DNA of 64,000 nt from NCBI GenBank assembly GCA_963665275.2, contig CAXXIN010000016.1, positions 268,395-332,394 of the forward strand, written 5' to 3'. The DNA is from Negativicutes bacterium. Lineage in GTDB: Bacteria; Bacillota; Negativicutes; UBA1444. Both the position numbers and the translations under genes were made by a program. The notes under the pieces were generated by a model, which was not told the origin of the DNA, did not search any database, and worked only from the letters and a program-made list of their open reading frames with translations. Shown one piece after another: positions 19,304 to 28,520 of the stretch. Numbering within the stretch: the first letter of the stretch is position 1; each line of letters opens with the position of its first letter.

Positions 19304-21043
19304 GTGATGCGTAAACTGAGATCCTGGCTTTCTTTGTCCCTGGTAGTGCTGTTCATGTTGTCGGTCGTCGCGACAGCGGTGGCCGGACCCTACGATCCAC
19401 CCGAAAAAAGGGATGTGATCGCCAAGAATGGGGTGGTGGCGGCCGCGCATCCCCTGGCTGCCCAAGCGGGGCTGGAGGTGTTGAAGAAAGGCGGCAACGC
19501 CTTCGACGCAGCCATTGCGACTTCGTTCATGCTGAACGTGGTTGAACCCAATGCTTCCGGCATGGGCGGCGGCGGATTCGCCGTCATCTATACAGCTAAG
19601 GACAAGAAAACCTATTTCGTTGATTACCGAGAAATGGCGCCGGCCAAAGCCCGGCCCGATTTTTATCCCGTCGATGAAAATAACAAGGTAAAGGACATGG
19701 CGACGACCGTCGGCTACTATGCGAGCGGCGTTCCCGGTCAGTTGCGCGGCGTGGAGATGCTGCACGGCAAATTTGCCACGATGCCCTGGGCGGACCTGGT
19801 CGCTCCAGCCATCAAGCAGTCGGAAGCCGGACTGCCGGTGACCAAAAACCTGAATGGCATTATCATGGACAACGTGGATCGTTTCGAGAAATTTTCCCCT
19901 TCATTGGCGACTTTCAAAGAAATCTTCTATAAAGACGGATTGCCGGTGCAGGAAGGCGACGTCGTCAAGAACGTCCTGCTGACCTCTATGCTGAAAAAAG
20001 TGGCGCAGGGCGGAGCCGATGTTTTCTATAAAGGTGAAATCGCTGACAAAATCGACGCCTTCTACGCGAAAAACGCCGACGGCTGGATCACCAAAGCCGA
20101 TCTCGCCAATTATAAAGCCAAGCTGCGTGAACCGGTCAAAGGAACCTACCGGGGTTATACGCTGATCACCTCGCCGCCTCCGTCTTCCGGCGGACTGACG
20201 GTCGTGAACATGCTCAACATTATGGAAGGGTTCGACGTGGCGAAGATGGGCCGCAGTTCGACCGATTTTCTCCATACGTTCATCGAATCGCAAAAACTGG
20301 CTTTTTCGGACCGGAATAAATTCATGGCGGATTCGGACTTCGTGAACGTTCCGATGTTCGGTATGGTGGACAAAGCCTATGCCGCTGAACGCCGGAAAAT
20401 GATCGACATGGAAAAAGCCAATAATGCAGTGAAGTTCGGTGATCCGGCGAAGTATTCCGCCGGCAGCACCACCTCGTTCTCCGTCATTGACAAGGACGGC
20501 AACATGATCACCATGACTCAGACCATCAATGATTTCTTCGGCTCCGGCGTCATCGTGGACGGAACGGGAATCCTGATGAACGATGAGATGGATGATTTCG
20601 TTGCCAACAATCCGACGCACAACAATGCACCTGCTCCCGGCAAGCGTCCGCTCAGCAGCATAACTCCGATGATCGTGCTCAAAGATGGAAAACCCTTCAT
20701 GACGCTTGGGACGCCTGGCGGGCCCCGCATCATCACAACGGTGGCAGGTATTGTGATGAATGTCATTGACTTCAAGATGGACCTGCAAAGCGCCATCCTG
20801 GACCCACGATCCCATAATCCAAACGCGCCTGTCGTGCAATTGGAAAAACCGGTGGTCGAATATAAGTTTGCCGACCACATGGATTCCTTCGTGCGGGAAC
20901 TTGAGGCGCGAGGGCATAAAGTGAACCTGCGGCCCGAACGTTCCGCCTTCTTCGGCGGCGCCCAGGGTATCATGATTCTGCCGGATGGCAGCCTCCACGG
21001 CGCAGCCGATAATCGGCGCCTCGGCCAGGCCTTCGGGTACTGA
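19304..21043 (+). CDS. ggt: Gamma-glutamyltransferase, exported
   Basis: GGNAFDAA, SGMGGG, DYRE, PPPSSGG, STTSFSV (catalytic Thr), KRPLSS, GTPGG. Confidence 0.95.
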   Translation: MMRKLRSWLSLSLVVLFMLSVVATAVAGPYDPPEKRDVIAKNGVVAAAHPLAAQAGLEVLKKGGNAFDAAIATSFMLNVVEPNASGMGGGGFAVIYTAKDKKTYFVDYREMAPAKARPDFYPVDENNKVKDMATTVGYYASGVPGQLRGVEMLHGKFATMPWADLVAPAIKQSEAGLPVTKNLNGIIMDNVDRFEKFSPSLATFKEIFYKDGLPVQEGDVVKNVLLTSMLKKVAQGGADVFYKGEIADKIDAFYAKNADGWITKADLANYKAKLREPVKGTYRGYTLITSPPPSSGGLTVVNMLNIMEGFDVAKMGRSSTDFLHTFIESQKLAFSDRNKFMADSDFVNVPMFGMVDKAYAAERRKMIDMEKANNAVKFGDPAKYSAGSTTSFSVIDKDGNMITMTQTINDFFGSGVIVDGTGILMNDEMDDFVANNPTHNNAPAPGKRPLSSITPMIVLKDGKPFMTLGTPGGPRIITTVAGIVMNVIDFKMDLQSAILDPRSHNPNAPVVQLEKPVVEYKFADHMDSFVRELEARGHKVNLRPERSAFFGGAQGIMILPDGSLHGAADNRRLGQAFGY

Positions 21044-21196
21044 ACCGGATGCTGCCAATACTCGGACTTTTGGCTGCCTGTGTGCTGATGGCGGTCGGAA
21101 ACGTCCTGGAAAACGATACGATTTTCTTGTTATCCAGTATCATGCTCCTTGTATTTGGGGTGATGTATTTCAAACGATAATTGGAATGTGACTCAT

Positions 21197-21237
21197 TCAG
21201 AAGAAGGACAGGGGCCCTCGCCCTGTCCTTCTTCTGA
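21197..21237. terminator. 17-bp perfect-stem hairpin downstream of ggt
   Basis: TCAGAAGAAGGACAGGG-7 nt-CCCTGTCCTTCTTCTGA; weak U-tail. Confidence 0.6.
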
Positions 21238-21365
21238 CAGTACTATTATTTGGATATGGGTCTTCAAAAGATAAAAGCGGGAAAATGGTGTTGTTTGCAG
21301 GAAAACTCCATTCAGCCGCAAAATATATATATGTTAGACAATATCAATTTGGAGGCGGTAATCAC

Positions 21366-22220
21366 ATGGCAATCAAAAAAGTACTCGTAATCGGGGCCGG
21401 TCAGATGGGCAGCGGTATCGCCCAGGTCATGGCGCAAGGCGGCAGGGATGTCGTCATCAGGGATATCAAGGACGAATTCGTCCAGAGAGGTATCGCCGGA
21501 ATCAATAAAAACCTGACCAAGTCCGTCGAAAAAGGCAAGCTCTCCGCTGAAGAAAAAGAAGCGATCATGAAGCGGATCTGCGGCGTCGTGGACCTTGATG
21601 CAGCGGCCTGCAACGTGGACCTAGTGGTCGAAGCCGCCGTGGAAAACCTGGTGCTGAAAAAAGAAATCTTCCAGACCCTGGACAGCTTGTGTCCGGCGCA
21701 TACGATCCTGGCCTCGAACACGTCTTCCCTACCGATTACGGTGCTGGGCTCGCTGACGAAACGTCCGGCTCAGGTCATCGGCATGCATTTCTTCAATCCG
21801 GCCCCGGTGATGAAGCTGGTGGAAGTGATCAGCGGCCTGGCTACATCGACGGAAACCTTTGAAGCCGTCAAAGAGCTGGCCGTAGGGCTGGGCAAATCCC
21901 CCGTCAACGTATCGGATGCGCCGGGATTCATCGGCAACCGGATCATGATCCCGATGATCAACGAAGCGATCTTCACGCTGGCCGAAGGAGTAGGCAGCGC
22001 GGCGGACATCGACACGGTGGCCAAGCTGGGCTTCAACCATCCGATGGGACCGCTGGAACTGTCGGATTTGATCGGCAACGACACGATCCTCTACATCATG
22101 GAAGTGCTGTATGACGGATATGGCGATACCAAATACCGTCCCTGTCCGCTGCTGAAAAAGATGGTGCAGGCCGGATATCTGGGACGCAAGAGCGGCAAGG
22201 GCTTCTACGACTACAAATAA
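21366..22220 (+). CDS. hbd: 3-hydroxybutyryl-CoA dehydrogenase
   Basis: [42 protein letters not shown]. Confidence 0.93.
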   Translation: MAIKKVLVIGAGQMGSGIAQVMAQGGRDVVIRDIKDEFVQRGIAGINKNLTKSVEKGKLSAEEKEAIMKRICGVVDLDAAACNVDLVVEAAVENLVLKKEIFQTLDSLCPAHTILASNTSSLPITVLGSLTKRPAQVIGMHFFNPAPVMKLVEVISGLATSTETFEAVKELAVGLGKSPVNVSDAPGFIGNRIMIPMINEAIFTLAEGVGSAADIDTVAKLGFNHPMGPLELSDLIGNDTILYIMEVLYDGYGDTKYRPCPLLKKMVQAGYLGRKSGKGFYDYK

Positions 22221-22258
22221 GCGGATAACGCAATAAACGGGAAAGGGTGTATGTGAAA

Positions 22259-23041
22259 ATGAAAACTTTCAAAAATCTACTGTTCGAAAACCAGGAAGGT
22301 ATTGGCGTCCTGACAATGAATCGACCGTCGGCTCTGAACTCTCTGAACCAGGAAACGATCAACGAGCTCGCCGAAGCATTCGGCGAAATCGGCAAGGACG
22401 CGGCTGTCAAAGTCCTGATCATCACCGGTGCGGAGAAAGCCTTTATTGCCGGCGCGGATATTAAAGAAATGCTGCCGATGTCGGCCGCTCAGGCGCAGGC
22501 TTGGTGCCTGACTGCCCAGAGCGTCTTCAATATGCTGGAAAACCTGCCTCAGCCTGTGATTGCAGCGGTCAATGGGTTCGCTCTCGGCGGTGGTTGTGAG
22601 ATGGCGATGGCCTGTGACATCCGGATCGCTTCCGAAAAAGCCAAATTCGGACAACCGGAAGTATCCTTGGGCATTATCCCGGGTTTTGCCGGCACGCAGC
22701 GTTTGCCGCGCCTGGTTGGCAAAGGGATCGCGAAGGAATTGATTTACACGGGCGATATGATCGACGCGCAGGAAGCGCTGCGGATCGGCCTCGTGAACAA
22801 GGTGACGACACCGGATGAACTGTTGCCGAGCGCCAAAGCTATGGCGCAGAAGATCATGACGCGTGGAATGTTCGCGGTGCAGATGGCGAAATCCGCCATT
22901 CATAACGGACTGAACACTGATCTTGCGACAGGCTCTGCTTATGAAGCGGCCCTCTTTGGGGTAACCTGCGCGACCGAAGACAAAAAAGAAGGAATGACTG
23001 CGTTCGTAGAAAAACGGAAACCAGTATTCCCCGGGAAATAA
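22259..23041 (+). CDS. crt: Crotonase (short-chain enoyl-CoA hydratase)
   Basis: NRP..LN, AGADI, GFALGGGCE, GQPE...G..PGF.GTQRL. Confidence 0.92.
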   Translation: MKTFKNLLFENQEGIGVLTMNRPSALNSLNQETINELAEAFGEIGKDAAVKVLIITGAEKAFIAGADIKEMLPMSAAQAQAWCLTAQSVFNMLENLPQPVIAAVNGFALGGGCEMAMACDIRIASEKAKFGQPEVSLGIIPGFAGTQRLPRLVGKGIAKELIYTGDMIDAQEALRIGLVNKVTTPDELLPSAKAMAQKIMTRGMFAVQMAKSAIHNGLNTDLATGSAYEAALFGVTCATEDKKEGMTAFVEKRKPVFPGK

Positions 23042-23058
23042 AAACCAAAAGGATTGGA

Positions 23059-23095
23059 TGCCTCTGTATGCCTGATCATACAGGGGCATTTTTTA
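23059..23095 (+). terminator. Intrinsic terminator after crt
   Basis: ATGCCTCTGTATG...CATACAGGGGCAT followed by Ts. Confidence 0.65.
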
Positions 23096-23114
23096 CCAAG
23101 GGAGGGAGAAGTCA

Positions 23115-23669
23115 GTGACAAGATTTGCGCCGCTCAAGAAAAAAGGCAGTGTTCTGGTCGTGGTCGATGTTCAGGAGAAATTGCTGCCAGCTATTCATGA
23201 ATTTGCGTCTGTGCTTGAACGATCGGTGAAGATGGTCAAGGTGGCTCAAATGTTGGAAGTGCCGATTCTGTTCACCCAACAGTATACAAAAGGTCTGGGA
23301 GGCACCCATTCGGCTTTGACCAGCTTGTTTCCAGAGTTTACCTTCGTTGAAAAAACCTCATTCAACTGTTTTGGCGAGCCGAGATTCGCGGAACGGTTGG
23401 CTGAATTGAACGCAAAAACCTTGGTCATTGTCGGGACCGAGGCCCATATTTGCGTTTGCCAGACTGCTTTGGATGCGCTGCAACGGGGTTTCGACGTTCA
23501 CGTTGTGGCGGATGCAGTGGGATCCCGTACGACGCAGAACAAAGAAATCGGCCTGGGGAGAATCCGTCAGGCTGGCGGAATCATCACAGGAACGGAGCTC
23601 ACCATTTATGAATGGATCGAACGAGCCGACTCCGAGGCTTTCCGCAAGATGCTTCCTCTATTGAAGTAA
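23115..23669 (+). CDS. Isochorismatase-family (YcaC-like) cysteine hydrolase
   Basis: VVDVQEKL, EKTSF, GTEAHICV. Confidence 0.88.
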   Translation: MTRFAPLKKKGSVLVVVDVQEKLLPAIHEFASVLERSVKMVKVAQMLEVPILFTQQYTKGLGGTHSALTSLFPEFTFVEKTSFNCFGEPRFAERLAELNAKTLVIVGTEAHICVCQTALDALQRGFDVHVVADAVGSRTTQNKEIGLGRIRQAGGIITGTELTIYEWIERADSEAFRKMLPLLK

Positions 23670-23713
23670 GGATTCCCTATCCGGTTAATCAATTTGATGA
23701 GGAGGTCAGGAAG

Positions 23714-24280
23714 ATGGAACTCCTACAAGCAATCAAAGAACGCCGGACCATTCGGAAATTCAAGTCCGACCCAGTTCCCAAGGAACTACTCGAAAAACTC
23801 ATCAAAAATTCCATGTGGGCGCCTTCGGCCATGAACATGCAACCCTGGAAGTTTTACGTTTTTACTGAGGATGCCAGACAGGGGCTGATTTCGGTTGCGG
23901 AAGGATGTCTCGATCAGCTCGATTCCAGGATGGATAAGATGTTCGACGGGCCGATGAAGAACATGATCCGCGGCTACTTCAAAGATTTCGGCGGCGCTCC
24001 GGCCATTGTGGTTGTGGTATCTTCCCTGCCGGCAGAAGCAGTGTACCAAAAGGCCAGTCTGTATGCGGCCTGCGCAGCGATGCAGAATTTATTGCTGCTG
24101 GCGCACGAAGCTGGACTTGGAACCTGCTGGATGATGGGCCCTCTATGGGTAGAGGCCGATATCATCAACTACCTGAACTGCCCGGGGTGGGGGCTTGTCG
24201 GTATCACGCCGATCGGCTGGCCGGAACAGACGCCTCCTGCTCCTCCGCGCAAAGAAGAAAACATCGAATGGCGTGATTAA
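23714..24280 (+). CDS. Nitroreductase family protein
   Basis: RRTIRKF, APSAMNMQPW, QNLLLLAHEAGLGTCW. Confidence 0.92.
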   Translation: MELLQAIKERRTIRKFKSDPVPKELLEKLIKNSMWAPSAMNMQPWKFYVFTEDARQGLISVAEGCLDQLDSRMDKMFDGPMKNMIRGYFKDFGGAPAIVVVVSSLPAEAVYQKASLYAACAAMQNLLLLAHEAGLGTCWMMGPLWVEADIINYLNCPGWGLVGITPIGWPEQTPPAPPRKEENIEWRD

Positions 24281-24289
24281 GAGATGAAA

Positions 24290-24333
24290 AAACGGGCCTG
24301 CAATGTGCTGATGCACGTTGCAGGCCCATTTTT
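24290..24333 (+). terminator. Intrinsic terminator after the nitroreductase gene
   Basis: GGGCCTGCAA...TTGCAGGCCC followed by ATTTTT. Confidence 0.7.
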
Positions 24334-24406
24334 ATCTTTTCAATAGCAGGGGCAGGGGAAAAAAGGCGTAGGCGCGAAATAAATAGTGCAGTAGCGGAGG
24401 TGCATT

Positions 24407-25138
24407 ATGCGCATTATCGTTTTAGTGATTGCGTTTTTTTTATCGATCCTGCCGATTGGCGATGCGGCGGCTGAGCGCTTCACGTTGCAGGCCGGAACGC
24501 AATGGGAGACCTATGGCTGTATCGCGGATTCTGGACAGGCTGGCCCGAACGTGTTGATCCTCGGCGGTGTTCACGGCAACGAACCTGCCGGGGCGGCAGC
24601 GGCGGAGAAGGTGTGCGGTTTTTCTCCGATCCTCGGCAAAATCGTGGTCGTTCCGCGGGTGAATCCGCTCGGCCTGAAGGAACAAGTGCGTTATTTGCCG
24701 GAAATTGGCGATATGAACCGGGTATATCCACCCCAGGGCGAGAATACGCCGGCGGAACAAATGGGTATGGAAATCATACGCCTCATGCAGCGCCAGAACA
24801 TCGCCATGCTGATTGATCTGCATGAAGCGCGGACCTTTCACCGTCTCGATGCGACTTCACTGGGGCAGACGCTCCTGTTCGCCAACAATGGCGTGAGTGC
24901 GGAACTGGCAATGGACACGGTGGATACCGTCAATCGCACAATCAGTGAAGAGGTCCGCAAATTTGCGCTAGTGGGACATCCGATCCGAAGCAGTTCCGCC
25001 TGGTATGCAGGGAAATATCTGGGGATTGCGGCGTTCACGGTGGAAACGAGCTCCCAGCAGCCTCTGGAGGACCGAGTGGAAGAGCATCTGGCCATCGTAA
25101 GGGAACTGCTCACAGAAGGCGGTTGGCTGCGGCGATGA
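24407..25138 (+). CDS. Second exported M14/succinylglutamate desuccinylase-aspartoacylase family protein
   Basis: Signal peptide, GGVHGNE, DMNR, DLHE, TVET; stop overlaps the pgsB start (ATGA). Confidence 0.85.
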   Translation: MRIIVLVIAFFLSILPIGDAAAERFTLQAGTQWETYGCIADSGQAGPNVLILGGVHGNEPAGAAAAEKVCGFSPILGKIVVVPRVNPLGLKEQVRYLPEIGDMNRVYPPQGENTPAEQMGMEIIRLMQRQNIAMLIDLHEARTFHRLDATSLGQTLLFANNGVSAELAMDTVDTVNRTISEEVRKFALVGHPIRSSSAWYAGKYLGIAAFTVETSSQQPLEDRVEEHLAIVRELLTEGGWLRR

Positions 25139-26307
25139 TTTCGGCGCTTGGAACGGCGCGGGCCGGGTTCCTGTTTTGCGTTGCCTTGTGGCTGTTATGG
25201 CTCGCCTGGCTGGCTTGGGAAAAAATGAGGCATCAGCGGAACTTGACCGCTTTACGGTTGCGGATCCATGTCAATGGCACCCGCGGCAAGTCAAGTGTGA
25301 CCCGACTGATTGCAGCCGGCCTGCGCGCCGGCGGGATTCGGACCCTGGCCAAGGTGACAGGCACCGAAGCGAAATTCATCGATCCTGATGGAACGGAGCG
25401 GGCGGTGAAGCGGCGCGGACCGGCTAACATCCGTGAGTATCTGGGGACTGCCGACGTAGCTGTTGCCTGCGGCGCCGAGGCGCTGGTCTGCGAATGCATG
25501 GCGCTGCAACCGGAACTGCAGACCTTCTGCGAACAGCGGTTGATGCGTTCCCATATCGGCGTTATCACAAACGTCCGCCATGATCATGAAGAAATCATGG
25601 GCCGGGATCTGCCTGAAATCGCCGCGACGCTCGGCAGGACGACGCCGGAGTGCGGCAGACTGGTCGCGACGGCAGAGACTGCAGCCTTGCTGCGAGTTGC
25701 CGGCGTACTGACAGGCAGCGAGGCGTTGCTGACGCTGGCGGATTCGAAGGGGGCGCCTGCGGCGCAACTGGACGGGTTTCCATTCCCTGTGGAACCGGAG
25801 AATGTGGCGCTGGCGCTGGCGGTCTGTGAACTGGCCGGTGTGGAGCGGGAGCAGGCATTGGCAGGGATGCGGGCTTCGCAGGCGGATGGGGGAAACCTGA
25901 CGGTTAGCGAGTATCGGGTGGACGACCGCATTTTTCGGTTCGTCGATGCCCTGGCCGCCAACGATCCGGATTCGACGCGCATCCTTTGGACCCGATATGT
26001 GGGTGATGGAGCGGCGGCGGGAGTATTGTTGCATGCCAGGTGCGACCGCCGGCTACGGACCCGCAAGTTGTGCGAACTACTGACGGAGCTGCATACAGGG
26101 CCGTATTACCTGACAGGAGATACGGCCTTCGCGTCGCACTGCCTGAGGAGCCATGGAGTTTCAGCCGAGCGCCTGCTTCTGCCCAGGGCGGCCAGACTGG
26201 ACGAGGTTCTGCGGATGGCGGCAGAGGTGATGCATCGCCAGGGGAGTGGCGCGCAGGCGGCACAGACCCTATTCGCGGCAGGGAACAGGAAAGGATTCGT
26301 GGTGTAG
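25135..26307 (+). CDS. pgsB: Poly-gamma-glutamate synthase (CapB/PgsB, Mur-ligase fold)
   Basis: N-terminal TM, HVNGTRGKSSVTRLIAAGL, ECMALQP, ITNVRHDH, ANDPDST. Confidence 0.92.
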   Translation: MISALGTARAGFLFCVALWLLWLAWLAWEKMRHQRNLTALRLRIHVNGTRGKSSVTRLIAAGLRAGGIRTLAKVTGTEAKFIDPDGTERAVKRRGPANIREYLGTADVAVACGAEALVCECMALQPELQTFCEQRLMRSHIGVITNVRHDHEEIMGRDLPEIAATLGRTTPECGRLVATAETAALLRVAGVLTGSEALLTLADSKGAPAAQLDGFPFPVEPENVALALAVCELAGVEREQALAGMRASQADGGNLTVSEYRVDDRIFRFVDALAANDPDSTRILWTRYVGDGAAAGVLLHARCDRRLRTRKLCELLTELHTGPYYLTGDTAFASHCLRSHGVSAERLLLPRAARLDEVLRMAAEVMHRQGSGAQAAQTLFAAGNRKGFVV

Positions 26308-26314
26308 CAAGCGC

Positions 26315-26749
26315 ATGCATTTTTTATTTATCGGGATTCTGGTCTCTTTGTTCATTACGGAAGCAACTGGATTTTCACCCGGCGGCGTGGTCGTAGCCGG
26401 TTATCTGGCGTTGTTCGCCCTGCAGCCGATGTGGCTGGGAGGCACGCTCGCGGTGGCGCTGGCGACCTGGGGATTGGTTCGGTTGCTGGGCCGCGGCCTG
26501 TTGCTCTATGGCCGTCGTCTTTTTGCCATGCATCTGCTCACAGGGATGTTGCTGGGACAGGCAGTGATGCTGGCGGGGCGGGGGATGACCCACTGGGACT
26601 GGGGAGTATCGGTCATCGGCTGGATTGTGCCGGGGCTGCTTTCACGCGATTTTGATCGTCAGGGTTTTCTGCCGACGGTTGCAACTACTGCACTGGCCGT
26701 CGTCGTTATAAGGTTGATATCCCTACTGGGGGATGGATTGTTATGGTAA
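26315..26749 (+). CDS. pgsC: Poly-gamma-glutamate biosynthesis membrane protein (CapC/PgsC)
   Basis: TGFSPGGVVVAGY, LYGRRLF, IGWIVPGL, RQG. Confidence 0.92.
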   Translation: MHFLFIGILVSLFITEATGFSPGGVVVAGYLALFALQPMWLGGTLAVALATWGLVRLLGRGLLLYGRRLFAMHLLTGMLLGQAVMLAGRGMTHWDWGVSVIGWIVPGLLSRDFDRQGFLPTVATTALAVVVIRLISLLGDGLLW

Positions 26750-27735
26750 GGCGACTGTCCCTTCTGTTGGCAGCGAACTTGGCCTTTTTCATTGTGTGTC
26801 TGATGTTTCTGCAGACTTCGCCGACGGCGCATCAGATGGAAAAACAGGCGGCAGTTGCTCTGGCGGTTCGGGCGCAGGCCGTTTTGGGTTCCCGGATCTC
26901 CGGGCCGGAATTCACGTTGATCACGACGACGCTGGCGCCGCATGAGGCCAAGCTCCTGTCGCGGCATCCCGATTTTTCGGCGGTGGTGGTGGGTTGGCTG
27001 GCTGAAGCAGGGGTTGGAAAAGGCAACCGGGTGGCGGTGAATCTGTCCGGTTCTTTTCCGGCGCTGAACATTGCCGTACTGGCTGCGATTCAGGCTGTAG
27101 GCGCGGAACCGGTCATTACCAGTTCCGTGGGAGCTTCCACATGGGGTGCGACTGATCCGGACTTCACCTGGCTCGACATGGAACGGCAACTGAGAGAGTC
27201 CGCACTCTGGCTGTGGAAGTCTGCTGCAGCCTCACCGGGCGGAGTCGGTGACCGAGGCGGTGGACTGGCCCCGGAAGGGAAGGCGCTGGCAATTGCTGCC
27301 ATAGGGCGCAATGAAGTGCCGCTCATGGAGTCTGCCGATCTGGCGGCAGGCGTTAAGCGGCGGCTTGAGTTGTACCGAGGATCATCGGGAGAATTGCCGC
27401 CGGTACTGGTGAATGTGGGCGGAAGCCATGTCGTTTTCGGCGAGTCCGGTCACCGTTCGCCGTTGCCGCAGGGACTGAATGTCGGCTATCACCCGCTGCT
27501 CGCCGCGCATGACGGATTGGCCGCAGCTTTTCTGCAATCGAACCGGCCTGTCATCCATATCCTCAATATCGCCCAATTGGCCGCCCAATACGGAATCCGG
27601 CCGGATACGCCGCCAGGGAAGAGCGGCGCGTTCCTGTCCCGACAGCTGCCATTGTGGCTGCGGATAGCGGTGGGAGTGTGGGTGATCGGCTGTTTAATGA
27701 TCCTGTGGCGTGGGCGGCCGCAAAAAGAACTTTGA
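26743..27735 (+). CDS. pgsW: Poly-gamma-glutamate system protein PgsW
   Basis: GPEFTLITTT, VAVNLSGSFPALNIA, SSVGASTWGA.DP.FTW.DME, VNVGG; N- and C-terminal TM; follows pgsC. Confidence 0.85.
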   Translation: MVRRLSLLLAANLAFFIVCLMFLQTSPTAHQMEKQAAVALAVRAQAVLGSRISGPEFTLITTTLAPHEAKLLSRHPDFSAVVVGWLAEAGVGKGNRVAVNLSGSFPALNIAVLAAIQAVGAEPVITSSVGASTWGATDPDFTWLDMERQLRESALWLWKSAAASPGGVGDRGGGLAPEGKALAIAAIGRNEVPLMESADLAAGVKRRLELYRGSSGELPPVLVNVGGSHVVFGESGHRSPLPQGLNVGYHPLLAAHDGLAAAFLQSNRPVIHILNIAQLAAQYGIRPDTPPGKSGAFLSRQLPLWLRIAVGVWVIGCLMILWRGRPQKEL

Positions 27736-27834
27736 GCTGCGACAGGAATTTGGGAATGGAAGTCAAATAGTATATACAAGAATTGTTAGCGCGAACAGAA
27801 GCGTTTGCAGAACCAGGGGAAATGGAGGGGTTGT

Positions 27835-28359
27835 ATGAAAAAGTGGTGGGGCGCCTTGTGTTTGGTCGCAGTCCTGCTGGTGGGAACCGGCTTGGCCCAG
27901 GCCCAAGCGGAACCTGTTCGCCGTGTTGAAATAGTCCGCAAACCGGGGATCGATTTTCGGCAGTTCAAATCGGTGGGGACGGATGTTGCCGTCAGTTTTC
28001 AGCCTTCCTCCAGCTGGGCGATCGACAAGGGAGATCCATACCTGGAACAACGGATTCAGGAATTGTCGCTGAAAGCGGCTAAAAATCAAGGCTGGGTGCC
28101 TATTGATAATGTGAGCGCCGATGTGAAGCTGTCGGTGAAAATATTGGACTGGGGACGCCTGCGGAACTCTCAGGGTGATAATCTGATGGAGTATGTTGCC
28201 TTTGAGCTCAAAGTATATACGAATGCCACAGAGGGTCCGGTTTTTCGCGGAACAGGCAAATACAGCCAGAACGCTCCGACGGAACCCAATCTGGAATTAG
28301 CTGGCAATGCTTATGAATCGATGCTGGAGGATCTCCTGGCGGCACTGCGCACGAATTGA
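27835..28359 (+). CDS. Exported hypothetical protein
   Basis: GGAGG RBS, signal peptide ending AQA; no family recognised. Confidence 0.7.
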   Translation: MKKWWGALCLVAVLLVGTGLAQAQAEPVRRVEIVRKPGIDFRQFKSVGTDVAVSFQPSSSWAIDKGDPYLEQRIQELSLKAAKNQGWVPIDNVSADVKLSVKILDWGRLRNSQGDNLMEYVAFELKVYTNATEGPVFRGTGKYSQNAPTEPNLELAGNAYESMLEDLLAALRTN

Positions 28360-28380
28360 GGTCAAGAAAGGCCCTCAAGT

Positions 28381-28508
28381 GATGCGAAATATGCCGCATT
28401 GCCGGCGAAAGCGTCGGCCTGCATCGAGTGCGGGGTTTGCGAGACCCGGTGCCCCTACGACCTGCGATTCGTGATCGATTGAAACAAATTGCCCAGGAAA
28501 TGGGCTAA
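28381..28508 (+). pseudogene. Orphan 4Fe-4S-binding fragment resembling the C-terminus of an aldo/keto reductase
   Basis: KYAALPAKASACIECGVCETRCPYDL, then after a 1-nt shift IRDRLKQIAQEMG*; no clear start. Confidence 0.6.
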
Positions 28509-28520
28509 GGAGGGACCAAC

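Noticed and set aside
8518-21058. Long overlapping or antisense ORFs (8518-9426, 12296-13282, 13086-13991, 18091-19131, 19901-21058)
   Set aside because: Shadow frames of well-supported GC-rich genes, with no recognisable motifs
21366-23041. hbd-crt as part of a PGA-to-glutamate-to-butyrate route linked to the dehydratase cluster
   Set aside because: The dehydratase looks FldB/HadB-like rather than HgdA-like, no gct/gcd genes are present, and hbd-crt is bounded by its own hairpins
28357-28482. Selenocysteine or readthrough fusion of the exported protein to the in-frame 4Fe-4S motif after TGA
   Set aside because: No convincing SECIS, no redox context at the TGA, and an in-frame match has a one-in-three chance
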